A model generated the notes under the pieces. It searched no databases and was not told where the DNA came from. It saw only the letters and a program-made list of their open reading frames with translations. Shown here in pieces: positions 1 to 12,027 of a stretch of 64,000 nucleotides of DNA. Where the stretch lies: contig NC_043007.1 in NCBI RefSeq assembly GCF_006345805.1, forward strand, positions 34,162,001-34,226,000. Direction: 5' to 3'. The position numbers were made by a program, and so were the translations under genes. Positions within the stretch are counted from its first letter, which is position 1. Each line of letters starts with the position of its first letter. This stretch comes from Octopus sinensis. Taxonomy: Eukaryota.

Positions 1-758
1 AAAAATGGTAGGATTGGAAAAAAATAGTGATAGTGTTTGAATAAGAATAACTTCACTACAATTTTGCACTACATATTTATACTAGTAAGAGCATCGTCTC
101 CTATGTCATAAAATACGGTATTACAATTCCACATTTAAAATTTCTGTTTTTGAGAAGTTAATACTCGGTTTAAAATACTGTGGCAGATGGAACATAATTT
201 ATTCTTTGTTTCGTGTTTGAAATTGTTTTATTTCTAAAATATTCAGGTTTATGTTCTATAAATATCAATGTGTTAATATCTGTAATGGTTGCCTATATTT
301 CAAATAAATCTTGCAAAAAGAAAATTTACTGTCTAATTCATTGAGCAGAATTATCGAATATTTTTTAATGTAAACAAATTTATTGTGAAAGACAAAAGAA
401 TAATCTTTTTTTTTTTACGTTATATGGTATTTGAAACCATATGATAACTTTTCGAAAATTTGTATATGAGGAATTTTAATAACGATAATGGTCTAAATTA
501 TACACAACGTGTATATTGTCGTCTGAGTGAGGTGAGTGGAAGTATGTTTATGAATGTGACAGAAATAATTAGAGCATAAGAGGTGAGAGAAAAAGATGGA
601 GAGAGAGAGATGAAGAAGGAATAGAGAGAAAATTGGACTGCTAAAGAATATGTAAAATATAAATTAACGAGAAATAAACACAAAATGGACTTTCGACATA
701 CAAAAATCTAATAACGTTTCTGCGCTTCACGTTAACACTTCCTATTACCACTCGATTA

Positions 759-1150
759 GAATCTTTTCGGTTTGAAAAGCAGTTTTTTCTAGCGGTGTTA
801 TATGACCCTAGTATCGATCTATTGCATTTCAATCTGTTTTAGGGTTAGGGTTAATGGTGGGGGAAGGGTATCTTTTTTTCTTCAGAAATGTAAATAAACC
901 CAATCTGTTTCTTAAATCAGGGACATATTCATACGGCACAGAATGTTTTCACCTCAATAGACGTCATTCATTGGTTGAAATTGCAGAAATTGAAGAAAAA
1001 ACAACAAATATCTTACAAACTATAGAATTTTATCAATAAAGCCAAGAGAAAAACATGTTTTATAACACATTCTACCAGTATACGAAGTTTAAAAGTGTTT
1101 AGTTACGTGGAAATTATTTTAAAAAACTGCTGTTCAAACCGAAAAGATCC
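759..1150. mobile_element. MITE with ~27-bp imperfect TIRs and 8-bp TSD
   Basis: atcttttcggtttgaaaagcagtttt at 761 is the near reverse complement of aaaactgctgttcaaaccgaaaagat ending ~1148. ctcgatta is duplicated at 751-758 and 1151-1158. No coding capacity. Confidence 0.8.
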
Positions 1151-1333
1151 CTCGATTAAAACTCCCATGTGTCAAAACCTAATTTCTTGAATATTCACCC
1201 CCAACTAATATTTAGACCAGATTTCTTCGTGTATTATTATTATTCTGGGATGAATTTCGATTTCTGTGCAAATTTTGCAAAAGAATGGTGACATATTTTC
1301 AATTAAACATCAATGCTTATATATCTTGGTAAT

Positions 1334-1936
1334 GAAGGCGGCGAGCTGGCAGAAACGTTAGCACGCCGGGCGAAATGCGTAGCCGTATTTCGTCTGCCGT
1401 AACGTGCTGAGTTCAAATCCCGCCGAGGTCGACTTTGCCTTTCATCCTTTCGGAGTCGATAAATAAAGTACCAGTTACGCACTGGGGTCGATGTAATCGA
1501 CTTAATCCGTTTGTCTGTCCTTGTTTGTCCTCTCTGTGTTTAGCCCCTTGTGGGTAGTAAAGAAATAGGTATTTCGTCTGCCGTTACGTTCTGAGATCAA
1601 ATTCCGCCGAGGTCGACTTTGCCTTTCATCATTTCGAAGTCGATAAATAAAGTACCAGTTACGCACTGGGGTCGATGTAATCGACTTAATCCGTTTGTCT
1701 GTCCTTGTTTGTCCTCTCTGTGTTTAGCCCCTTGTGGGCAGTAAAGAAATAGGTATTTCGTCTGCCGTTACGTTCTGAGATCAAATTCCGCCGAGGTCGA
1801 CTTTGCCTTTCATCCTTTCGAAGTCGATAAATAAAGTACCAGTTTCGCACTGGGACCGATATATTCGACTTAATCCGTTTCTCTTTCCTTGTTTTACCCC
1901 TCTGTGTGGAGCCCCTTGTGGGCAGTAAAGAAATAT
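1334..1936 (+). mobile_element. tRNA-derived SINE family A with internal 184-bp triplication
   Basis: A-box-like tggcagaaacgttagc and B-box-like gagttcaaattcc. The unit starting gtatttcgtctgcc recurs at 1385, 1569 and 1753. TSD atcttggtaat on both flanks. Confidence 0.9.
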
Positions 1937-2279
1937 ATAGATCTTGGTAATGTTCATCTACAAGCTTTAGTGTTACCCATTAAAAGCCAGGTAACGTTGG
2001 TGATATCTTTTTGCTACATGGGTAATAACAAGAAATACAGCATATATACAGTATATATGACTTAACTTCTAACAATATTGTTGCTGCTTGTAAAAACTGA
2101 TGAAATAAATCATAATCTTGAAAACATATTTCTCATATTCAAATAAAATTTAAAAAAACAAATTTCTCACTTGAATAATTCCTCTCATAACTATTCAGCT
2201 ATTTGAGCGCAATCGGATGGAGGATGCCCGGGATCATAGAAGACACACACACAGAGACAGACAGAACGAATTTTATACA

Positions 2280-2324
<45 letters not shown>

Positions 2325-2327
<3 letters not shown>

Positions 2328-2617
2328 ACGGATATAACGGACATGCATATATCGCGCATGGATATCACGAACGACCATTTATAACGGACAAAATTGTTCC
2401 GATTTTCGTAATTGAAATTTCATCTAGATTTCTGCTCCTATAACGGACAATCGCTTATAACGAACGATTTTTCTCGGACCCAATGGTCAAAAACAACGTA
2501 AATTTCCTTGGTTATTTTTAAACTAATAAATGTCTGTTTGAAGCAATGTTTTGACTTTAGTAACGGACAAATTTTTTCCGGGTCTGAGTTGTCCGTTGTA
2601 TCCAAAGTCTTCTGTAT
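2325..2617. mobile_element. Tc1/pogo-like MITE remnant
   Basis: Repeated ataacgga(c) subterminal motifs; right end gtccgttgtatccaaagtcttctg followed by TA. Left end is lost in a (TA)n tract. Confidence 0.5.
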
Positions 2618-2805
2618 ATGTATGTATGTATGTATTTATGTATATATGTATGTATGTATGTATGTATGCATGTATGCATGCATGCATGCATGCATGCATG
2701 CATGTATGTATGTATGTATGTATGTATGTATGTATGTATGTATGTGTGTATGTGTGTATGTATGTATGTATGTATGCATGCATATATGTATGTATGTATG
2801 TATAC
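2617..2805. repeat. (TATG)n/(CATG)n microsatellite
   Basis: Direct reading. Confidence 0.95.
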
Positions 2806-2974
2806 ACACACACAAACATGAGAGAAGTAAATAGACACCTCATAAAACATTGTTTTATGTTTAATTTAATTGTAAAAGTTTATATTTTTATTAGTTTACA
2901 TTTTTATGCTTCAGGTTCTATATGTGATTGCTTAATCATGCCATTTGCAAAAGAAGCCTTAGAACAGTCACTTT

Positions 2975-3400
2975 AGTGGGTCATACTGAAGGAGGACAAA
3001 GCGTATAATTACAGAAAACCTTGGGATCCACCTTGTACAGTTAATAGAGTGATTGTGCAATTCCCCAGAGATGGGAAGGTATCCACATGAACCAGAGCCC
3101 TCTGTCAGGATCCTTCTCTTCGCTAAGAGAAGTGTGGAGGATAAACCTTGTTGCAAGGCCTCTGAAATACGAGAACAAGTTGATGTCAGTCCCAGAACAG
3201 CTTTCAGGTATCTCCACAAACTGGGTTACTATGACAGAGCAGCAAGAAGGAAGACACTCCTTGGACCAACCAACATCAAGCGGAGAAAAGATGACACCAG
3301 TGAGATGATGGAGAGACCAATAGGATCTTGGGACACTGTCATGTTCTCTGATGAGCTCAGATTTGCCGTGTTTCCTGACAGTGGTCGAGTGTGGATGTAG
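2975..3400 (+). pseudogene. Tc1-like transposase fragment (DNA-binding region up to the first catalytic D)
   Basis: ORF 3053-3400 contains SEIREQVDVSPRTAFRYLHKLGY..RAARRKTLL and ends WDTVMFSDE..F, the Tc1 W..V.FSDE motif. Truncated afterwards. Confidence 0.85.
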
Positions 3401-3648
3401 AGAATGGAGTAAACGGAGCAAGAACACACACGAAAACGAAAATATGACGAAAGGTTTCCGGACAATGGACATGAGCTAAAATGATAACATAAGAACAGTA
3501 ATAATGGAGTAAAGAAAAAAAATATATAGTGTGTGCGCTTATGTGGCAAAAAAATTAAATAAATAAAGTGACCATCCCCGAAATACAACAATATATGTTT
3601 CAAAACGCGATTTCACATCAGGAATCTTGCAAAACAAACTGATAAACG

Positions 3649-3685
<37 letters not shown>

Positions 3686-4342
3686 CACACACTATATATA
3701 TATGTACTTACACACTCGTGTTTATATATACATATATGCGTATACATATACATATGTATGTGTGTATATATATTATATATATATATATATATATACATAG
3801 GCATGCACACACGCAGACACACACACACATATACACGAATATATGTGTGTCAGTGTGTGATATTCTTGGAAATAAAGACACTGTGCTTGGACATGGTCTA
3901 TAAGATATACACACAATTCAAACACTGGAGCTTCTATCTAAATCTAGAATGTTATAAGGAATCTGTGTGCGTGTGTGTGTATGTGTGTGTGTGTGTGTGT
4001 GTGTGTTTTAGTGTCTGTGTATGTGTGCGTGTGTGTGTATCTAAACGCAATCACAGTTCGAAATAAAGGAAAATTGTATTCAATTTCTAGAATGATTTAT
4101 CTCTTACTTCATGTCGGTCCTCCATTCTCTCATACGTACCCTCTTTTCTAAAATGTTTCCTTTCTCTTATTTTCTTATCATGATGGCCCCCGCCGACGCC
4201 ACGACGACGACGACGACGACTATTAGTACTTTAATATTTTCGTTTAGACGTGTAGGTTTATGTCGTATCTTTGTACAAATTTAGCTCATTAATTCGCTTT
4301 AGTCATAAATATTAAGGCCACGCCTGCGCACTTTCATATATA

Positions 4343-4374
<32 letters not shown>

Positions 4375-4384
4375 GCATACAACC

Positions 4385-4423
<39 letters not shown>

Positions 4424-4427
4424 ATAT

Positions 4428-4828
4428 AGGCGCAGGGTGGTTGTGTGGTAAGTAGCTTGCTTACCAGCCGCATGGTCCCGGGTTCAGTCCTACTGTGTGG
4501 CACGTTGGGAAAGTGTCTTCTGCTACAGTCTCGGGCCGACCAAAGCCTTGTGAGTGGATTTGGTAGACGGAACCTAAAAGAGGCCCGTCGTATATATTTG
4601 TATATATATATATATATATGGTGTGTGTCTGTGTTTGTGCCCTCCCCCACCAACATCGCTTGACAAACGATGCTTGTGTGTTTGTGTCCACGTTACTTAG
4701 CGGTTCGACAAAAGAGACCGATAGAATAAGCACTAGGCTTACAAAGAATAAGTATTGGGGTCGATTTCGTCGACTAAAGGCGGTACTCCAGCATGGCCGC
4801 AGTCAAATGACTACAACAAGTAAAACAG
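4428..4828 (+). mobile_element. tRNA-derived SINE family B (CORE-like domain, internal microsatellite)
   Basis: Head gtgtggtaag...gggttcagtcc; CORE-like ttgggaaagtgtcttc; (TA)n after cccgtcg; tail ...ccagcatggccgcagtcaaatgact. Many copies in the window. Confidence 0.9.
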
Positions 4829-6258
4829 ATAATATATATATATATATATATTACTCTTAAGTTGTGTGGTTTGTAGCAGTCGTTCTTTTGTGATTTTAAA
4901 AAATCATTTACCTAGTTCTATTGGGGCTTAAGACTATAATTCAATCTAGATAATAATGTCTAATCGTGAACATTGCAGCCATAATGTTGTCAGATTTATT
5001 TAGCAGTTATCTTCAAATACATACATACATACATACATACATACATACATACATACATACATACATACATACATACATACATACATACATACAATCTTAG
5101 AAGATAGAAGCAGCATTTTAATTATCGATAAAAACACTCTTTCTGGAGATAATTTGATATTGTTAGAGTAAAGAAATGATATTTATATAGGCGTGAGCGC
5201 GCGCGTGTATGTATATATATATGTGCTTGTTTGTATGTATGTGTGTGCTTGCATGTGTGTTTATGTATTTATGCAGCTATATGTGTGTATATATATATAT
5301 ATATGTATTATACATACATATATATACATCTATATACACATGTATATATGTATACATACATACACACACATTAATATAAAAAATATATATGCTTACGTAA
5401 GCATAAATATGGATAGACAAACATATATACATTTATATATTTATATATATATATATGCATAATTACACACTGACTCACACACATACTTATATATACATAT
5501 GTATACATACATACATACGTACATACATACATACATACATACATACGTACGTACGTACATACATACATACATACATACATACATACATACATACTACATA
5601 CATACATACATACATACATACATAAAACACAAAATTTTGGATAAATGAAATCTATCGAGATATTTTAATTTCAATATACGTATACATGAATACGGTTTTC
5701 AAAAACGAAAGCAAAATCTAATAAGTTCTGTATATATGAAAAATGAGATAAAATATATATAGTAGGAGGAAACTTCTCCAAAACATGTGGTTTCTGTAAT
5801 ATAAATAAAATCTCATGTAGGCAATTTTGTTTGCGTAATATAAATATATACTAGCATACTCGTGTCGTCAAAAATGCTGACACTTTTATTAATGATAGAA
5901 AATGGCATTATCTAAACAAGAGTAGTCATTGATGAATGTTACTACTCGAGTAAATATATGTATATACACAGAACAGAAGGAGTTGAAGGATCAGATACAG
6001 TTGTAATGTTATATAAAACCTGCACTTTTACATGCTCGCATAGATTGCACACATTTTGTATGGGCAATGCTCTTCCTGTCGCCAATTTTAAACCTATTTT
6101 AAAGTAGTATTTTACTATGTCTATATATATCTTTCAACCGAGTTTGGAAGCGAAGAACACATCTCGCATGACAATGATACTTGCCCAATGACACAACAAC
6201 AGACACTTACAAGCACACACACATCCACACACTCTTATAATATATGTATATATACACA

Positions 6259-6310
<52 letters not shown>

Positions 6311-6517
6311 CATAGTGAGAGAGAGAGAGAGAGAGAGAGAGATAAATACATATATACATTGATATATACTGATCGGGTACAGACAGTGTGTCGTTAGCCA
6401 GCTGGAGGAGAAGGCTTCCTGGGGCTATAAACAACAGTAGCATCGTCCCATATGGGTCAGCCACATTTAGGTAGCAAATATACTACCTGATGTCGTGCTG
6501 CTACATCTCGCTCAGAT

Positions 6518-7097
6518 AGACGGTTTTTTTTCTCTATTTTGTTGCAAACACGCATTTTTGCTAATACATACGCGGTGAAGCTACACATTAGCGTCGTATT
6601 TTTACGTTCGCTATTTCCAGTAAATATCGGTACTTAGTTGTGCCATTTATTTACTAATTTGTGTATTTTTCCCTCACGGGCTACTTTTTACTGGAAGGCA
6701 ATACTTTGTATTGCATTACTGATATTTTGAAACTTCTTCACCGTTTCTCGTATTGTTAGCGTTCCGTATTTCAGTCGAGTGTGTTAGTATTAATGTGGTA
6801 ACATCGTAGATTTCGTCTTGGTATATGTTTGGCTGAAGAAGGTAAAACAAAATATGGGTGAGAGACATATCTTGCAAAACCTGAAACCTGCAGGTACCAC
6901 ATTATCCATTTTCCGGGTGTTTCATCTTTCAGATGTTCTCCCAGGAGGTAAGACGGTTTTTTTTTTCTCTATTTTGTTGCACACACGCATTTTTGCTAAT
7001 ACATACGCGGTGAAGCTACACATTAGCGTCGTATTTTTACGTTCGCTATTTCCAGTAAATATCGGTACTTAGTTGTGCCATTTATTTACTAATTTGT
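6518..7097 (+). repeat. ~146-bp direct repeat pair (6518-6662, 6951-7097)
   Basis: Near-identical agacggtttt...ctaatttgt copies 433 bp apart. The upstream segment ~6380-6500 is homologous to ~9980-10110. Confidence 0.85.
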
Positions 7098-7203
7098 ATA
7101 TATATATATATATATATATATACAATTGCAGCGTGGAAGGTGTTTGTAAGCCATTTAAGAAACACACAAAAGCCGTTCGATTCACTTCAACATTTAAGTT
7201 TAA

Positions 7204-7253
7204 TTTGTCAAAATATTTTCGTCGCTAAAATCAGCGACCTGTTCACTGACAAA
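7204..7253 (-). ncRNA. Second copy of the G3-C8 hammerhead candidate
   Basis: Same fold on the minus strand with core GUGAACA and a 6-bp stem II gtcgct/agcgac. Confidence 0.6.
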
Positions 7254-7275
7254 AATCCGTGCTGCATCTCGGAGT

Positions 7276-7325
7276 TTTGTCAGTGAGCAGGTCGCGGATT
7301 TTAGCGACGAAAATATTTTGACAAA
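7276..7325 (+). ncRNA. Candidate type I hammerhead ribozyme, G3-C8 core variant
   Basis: Stem I tttgtca/tgacaaa; core GUGAGCA plus an extra G; stem II gtcgc/gcgac; GAAA; palindromic stem III AAUAUU; predicted cleavage triplet UUU (after 7318). Confidence 0.6.
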
Positions 7326-7463
7326 TTAAAATTAAATGTTGAAGTGAATCGAACGGCTTTTGTGTGTTTCTTAAATGGCTTACAAACACCTGCCACGCTG
7401 CAATTCTTTTCGTTTCAGCACACGATCTCAGATCAAATCACTTGCTATGCGAGTACATCTCCG

Positions 7464-7502
<39 letters not shown>

Positions 7503-8084
7503 ACGCGTTTGCCTATGTGTGTTTCAATATTTGAAGGTGTGTTTGTATACAAATGTATACAAATCTTCTTACAACTATAATAGCTGTCACTCATTCAGCA
7601 TACCGCCACCTACCAATCACAGACTATGAGACACTATGTAAAGCGAAGCTGAATTCAGATATATCACACTCAGATGATGGTTTAGATGGCCGAAACTTCG
7701 AATTATCTGTCAATCACTGTCTGTACAATTCTTATTTAAGATTAATGACTGTTTATGATATGAATTTACACATATGTTATATACATATATATAGCTTACA
7801 CGCTAAATGGCCGTTTTAAAATTTTTCCTACATATGCATAAGGTGTATAGTTTTCATTTTTTTGGAAATAAGGTTTCGTAACATTCAAATGTTACATTTT
7901 AAATGCGGAGATTAATTCGTACCTATAAATAATTCTTGTCTTCCCCGGATATTACATTTTAGATTTTTACCTTCCAGTGTATCAAGTTAGTAAGTCCTGA
8001 CAGGAAACGTTGTTCGTTATTCCTTGCAGCAGATCATTCTGACGTATCATACAATTTGCTGTTCCTCTCTCCTTTATACATACA

Positions 8085-8207
8085 TCCATCCATCCATCCA
8101 TCCATACATACATACGTACATACATACATACATACATACATACATAAATACATACATATATACATACATACATACATACATACAAACATATATACATACA
8201 AATATAC

Positions 8208-8238
<31 letters not shown>

Positions 8239-8479
8239 AATACATACATAAATACATAAATACATACATACATGCATACATACATACATACATACATAAA
8301 TACATAAATACATATATGCATGCATACATACATACATACATACATATATACATACATACATACAAACATAAATACATACATACTTACATACATGCTTACA
8401 TACATACATACATAAATACATACATACATACATACTTACATACATACATACAAGCATAAATACATACATACATATATAC

Positions 8480-8510
<31 letters not shown>

Positions 8511-8583
8511 CTTACATACATACATACATACATACATACAAATATACATACATACATACATACTTATATACATACATACATAA

Positions 8584-8614
<31 letters not shown>

Positions 8615-8810
8615 CATACATATATACATAAATACATACATATATACATACATACATACATACATACAAACATAAATACATACATAATACTTACATACAT
8701 ACATATATACAAACATAAATACATACATAATACCTACATACATACATACATACTTACATACATACATACATACATACATATATACATACATGCATACATA
8801 CGGACATACA
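8085..8810. repeat. Long (TACA)n microsatellite
   Basis: Direct reading; source of the MYVC-type ORFs. Confidence 0.95.
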
Positions 8811-9013
8811 TATATTAGAAGAAATGAGGTACTCAGAAAATCGGATGGCTTATATTTACAGATATTTATTTGTATATTACATTTTTTATATATATCATAT
8901 AACTTATATAACTCATATAAGTTATATGATATATATAAAAAATGTAATATACAAATAAATATCTGTAAATATAAACCATCCGATTTTCTAAGTACCTCAT
9001 TTCTTCTAATATA
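8811..9013. repeat. Near-perfect ~200-bp palindrome
   Basis: tatattagaagaaatgaggtactcagaaaatcggatgg... is mirrored by ...ccatccgattttctaagtacctcatttcttctaatata; ~5-nt centre. Confidence 0.9.
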
Positions 9014-9127
9014 TAATACCTGTACATCATCTCCAAACCTTCCAATATATACCTATATATATATATTATATATATATACATGCATACATACGTACATACG
9101 TATATATATACGTATATATATATTTAC

Positions 9128-9161
<34 letters not shown>

Positions 9162-9175
9162 ATATATATATATAG

Positions 9176-9235
<60 letters not shown>

Positions 9236-9300
9236 AAAATGGAGGAACAAATTCATTTCAATCATCAATTTTCAGATATTACCATTTCATATTATTTATT

Positions 9301-9390
9301 AACTATATAAATAGGAACATCCAAATCGAACTAGCTTGCATGTTGATCTACATTGTTTTGTTCGATTTGGATGTTCCTATTTATATAGTT
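9301..9390. repeat. 31-bp perfect inverted repeat
   Basis: 9301-9331 is the reverse complement of 9360-9390. Confidence 0.85.
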
Positions 9391-9395
9391 AAATT

Positions 9396-9546
9396 CTCTG
9401 AGTTCAAATTCAGCCGAGGTCGATTTTGCCTTTCATCCTTTCGGGATCGATAGATTAAGTTCCAGTTGAATACTGGGGTCGATGTAATCGACTCAACACC
9501 TCTCCCCAAAAGCTTCCATTGTGGCAAAATTTGAAGCCATTATTAC

Positions 9547-9594
<48 letters not shown>

Positions 9595-9683
9595 CATTAT
9601 CATTCTTCTTCTTCTTCTTCTTCTTATTATTATTATTATTATCATTATTATTATTATCATTATCATCATCATCATCATCATCC

Positions 9684-9739
<56 letters not shown>

Positions 9740-9872
9740 GTTGTTGTTATTATTATTATTTTGTTATTCGAACTGCTTAGCGGTATTTCACACGCTGCTA
9801 CGTTCAGAGTTCAAATTTCGTCGCGGTCGACTTTGCCTTCCATCCTTACAGGATAGATAAATTAAGTGTCAC
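9396..9872 (+). mobile_element. Two partial SINE family A copies separated by an (ATT)n/(CTT)n tract
   Basis: gagttcaaatt...gtcgattttgcctttcatcctttcgg at ~9400 and ~9810. The first copy carries the alternative tail ccccaaaa...gtggcaaaatttgaa. Confidence 0.8.
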
Positions 9873-10163
9873 TTGGAAAAGCATATTGCATTTTGCATTT
9901 GGAATGTGCTCTTATCGCTAGCTGGTGACGGGTTACTAATCAGAAACCCGGGTCTCTATGTATCACGTAAGGCTAGAGACAGTGTGTTGTTAGGCAGCTG
10001 GAGGACATGTCCTCCTGGGGCTATAAACAACTGTTGCATCGTTCCCTATGAGACCACCACATTTAGGTGGCAAAAATACTTCTCGGATCCGTGCTGCTAC
10101 TGTTCGCTTCTCACTCACAGATTTAATATTGCTTGTATATATATATATATATATTATATATAT

Positions 10164-10947
10164 AGGGCTAGCAGCAGGCTGTTTCGCCAGAAAATGGAAA
10201 AAACAGTCTTTGACTGCCATTTCCAATTCCTTCGGTATGAGGCGAAACAGCCTGCTGCTAGCCCTCTTATTTACTTTACTATATACTGAACTTTAAAAAG
10301 TTCCTGACGATAAATTTGTCGTATTTACATACCGAAATTTACCGATAAATAATTGTTGGTTACATGAAAAACCACAGAAAAATTATTTACCATTTTTATT
10401 GCATTACCATGTGGATTCCTCATTCCATTACGATTACTCAGAAGGCGCGCATGGCAGAATTTTGGAGGGAAAATTTACGTTCCCAGTCGTTACTTAGTTT
10501 TAACATTTGCGCACTTCCCCCCACTATCTGATGTCGCTGGGTCAGAAGTGAGGGCCTGTGGCATTTGGTAAAGCTATCGAATACAGCGCCGATGACGGAA
10601 ATCAAACTACTTTTCTATATTTGTGATCCAGAAACATGTTCGTTATTAACGGTAAGTGACTGTTTGCGTCTATTTGCTACTCCGGTTTTGTGTATGTGAG
10701 CCGCACGGGCCTTCGTTTTTGGAATCTCCACTTACAGAAAATGGAAAAAACAGTCTTTGACTGCCATTTCTAATTCCTTCGGTATGAGGCGAAACAGCCT
10801 GCTGCTAGCCCTCTTATTTACTTTACTATATACTGAACCATAAAAAGTTCCTGACGATAAATTTGTCGTATTTACATACCGAAATTTACCGGTAAATAAT
10901 TGTTGGTTACATGAAAAACCACAGAAAAATTTTTACCATTTTTATTG
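10164..10947. repeat. ~547-bp tandem unit (about 1.4 copies) between (TA)n tracts
   Basis: agaaaatggaaaaaacagtc recurs at ~10190 and ~10737. Opens with a 25-bp inverted repeat agggctagcagcaggctgtttcgcc / ggcgaaacagcctgctgctagccct. Confidence 0.85.
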
Positions 10948-10984
10948 TATATATATATATATATAATATATACATATATATATT

Positions 10985-11015
<31 letters not shown>

Positions 11016-11939
11016 ATAAATTTAAATTTAACGAAATCTTGGGCTGATGACAGGAATCTTGGAATAGGTATGTATTTCTAGCATCTCTATATCTAACTAA
11101 CCCCGAAGCGGCGTTCTCAAGTAATCGATGTACGAGTGATCTTCTGTTATTTTCCCCTCTATGCCTACGTGAATTGTTTTTGAGTATACGTTGTCTGGGA
11201 GAGTCTTCTTATAGTAGAGGAAATAGCTATATTCTTTGGCTGCTATTTCTAAAAGTTCGGTGTGTGGTAAAGTAAAGTTATCTGCTGAACCCTAATTATA
11301 TAAAGTAATGTTTTATATGTATATATATAATAATATATATATCTAATATATATATATATATAATAATATATATATATATATATAATATATATAATATATA
11401 TAATATATATATATATTCACTTGCATACACGTAGAAGTATACACGAACATGCAAGTGTTCCACATACATGCAGCAATTAAGCGCAGACTGGATTTTTAAT
11501 ATAGATACAGCTGTGTATGCGTGCGTTTGTGTTTGTGTTTGAGTGTTTGTGTGTGTGCGTGTGTGTGTGTGTGTGCATGCGTGTGCGCGTGTGTGAGTGT
11601 GCATGTGTGTTTGCGATATAATTTTGCACAATACAGCTTTCTCATCGTTATTAAGTTGTCCAAATAGATAATAATACACTTGTATGTGATGTCGAACATG
11701 TAAAATTTATACAACACACGGCGTCTAAGACGAAGAAGGATGAGTAAATGAGCGAGAGAAGGCTGTCTACATTTCCCCTATTAACATCAAACAGCTGGAC
11801 AGAAGTTTTCAGCGATGCTTCGCTCATCACCACCAGAAATGATGGCGCCAATATTTTCGCCTGCCGCCTATTAGGAATGCTGTTTCTAAAATATGGCTAA
11901 AGGAAGGACTTATGTGTGAGTGTTTGTGCATATATATAT

Positions 11940-11974
<35 letters not shown>

Positions 11975-11977
11975 ATA

Positions 11978-12027
<50 letters not shown>

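Larger units (their letters stand above)
7124..7405. mobile_element. Inverted repeat (~136-bp arms, 10-nt loop), probable Penelope-like element terminus
   Basis: Arms 7124-7259 and 7270-7405 are near-perfect reverse complements; each holds a hammerhead-like motif. Confidence 0.7.

Noticed and set aside
839-853. (TTAGGG)2 telomere-like motif
   Set aside because: Only two units, internal to a MITE.
1334-1936. CRISPR-like or tRNA gene interpretation of regular repeats and tRNA-like heads
   Set aside because: The repeats are duplicated SINE bodies with no unique spacers; the heads have A/B boxes but no full cloverleaf and run into SINE cores.
7665-7710. cagatga...ccgaaacttc hammerhead-like motif
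   Set aside because: Core, stem III and stem I are all defective; at best a dead remnant.
11040-11085. ctgatga-cagg-aat-cttg-gaat motif
   Set aside because: GAAA reads GAAU and no convincing stem I or III can be formed.
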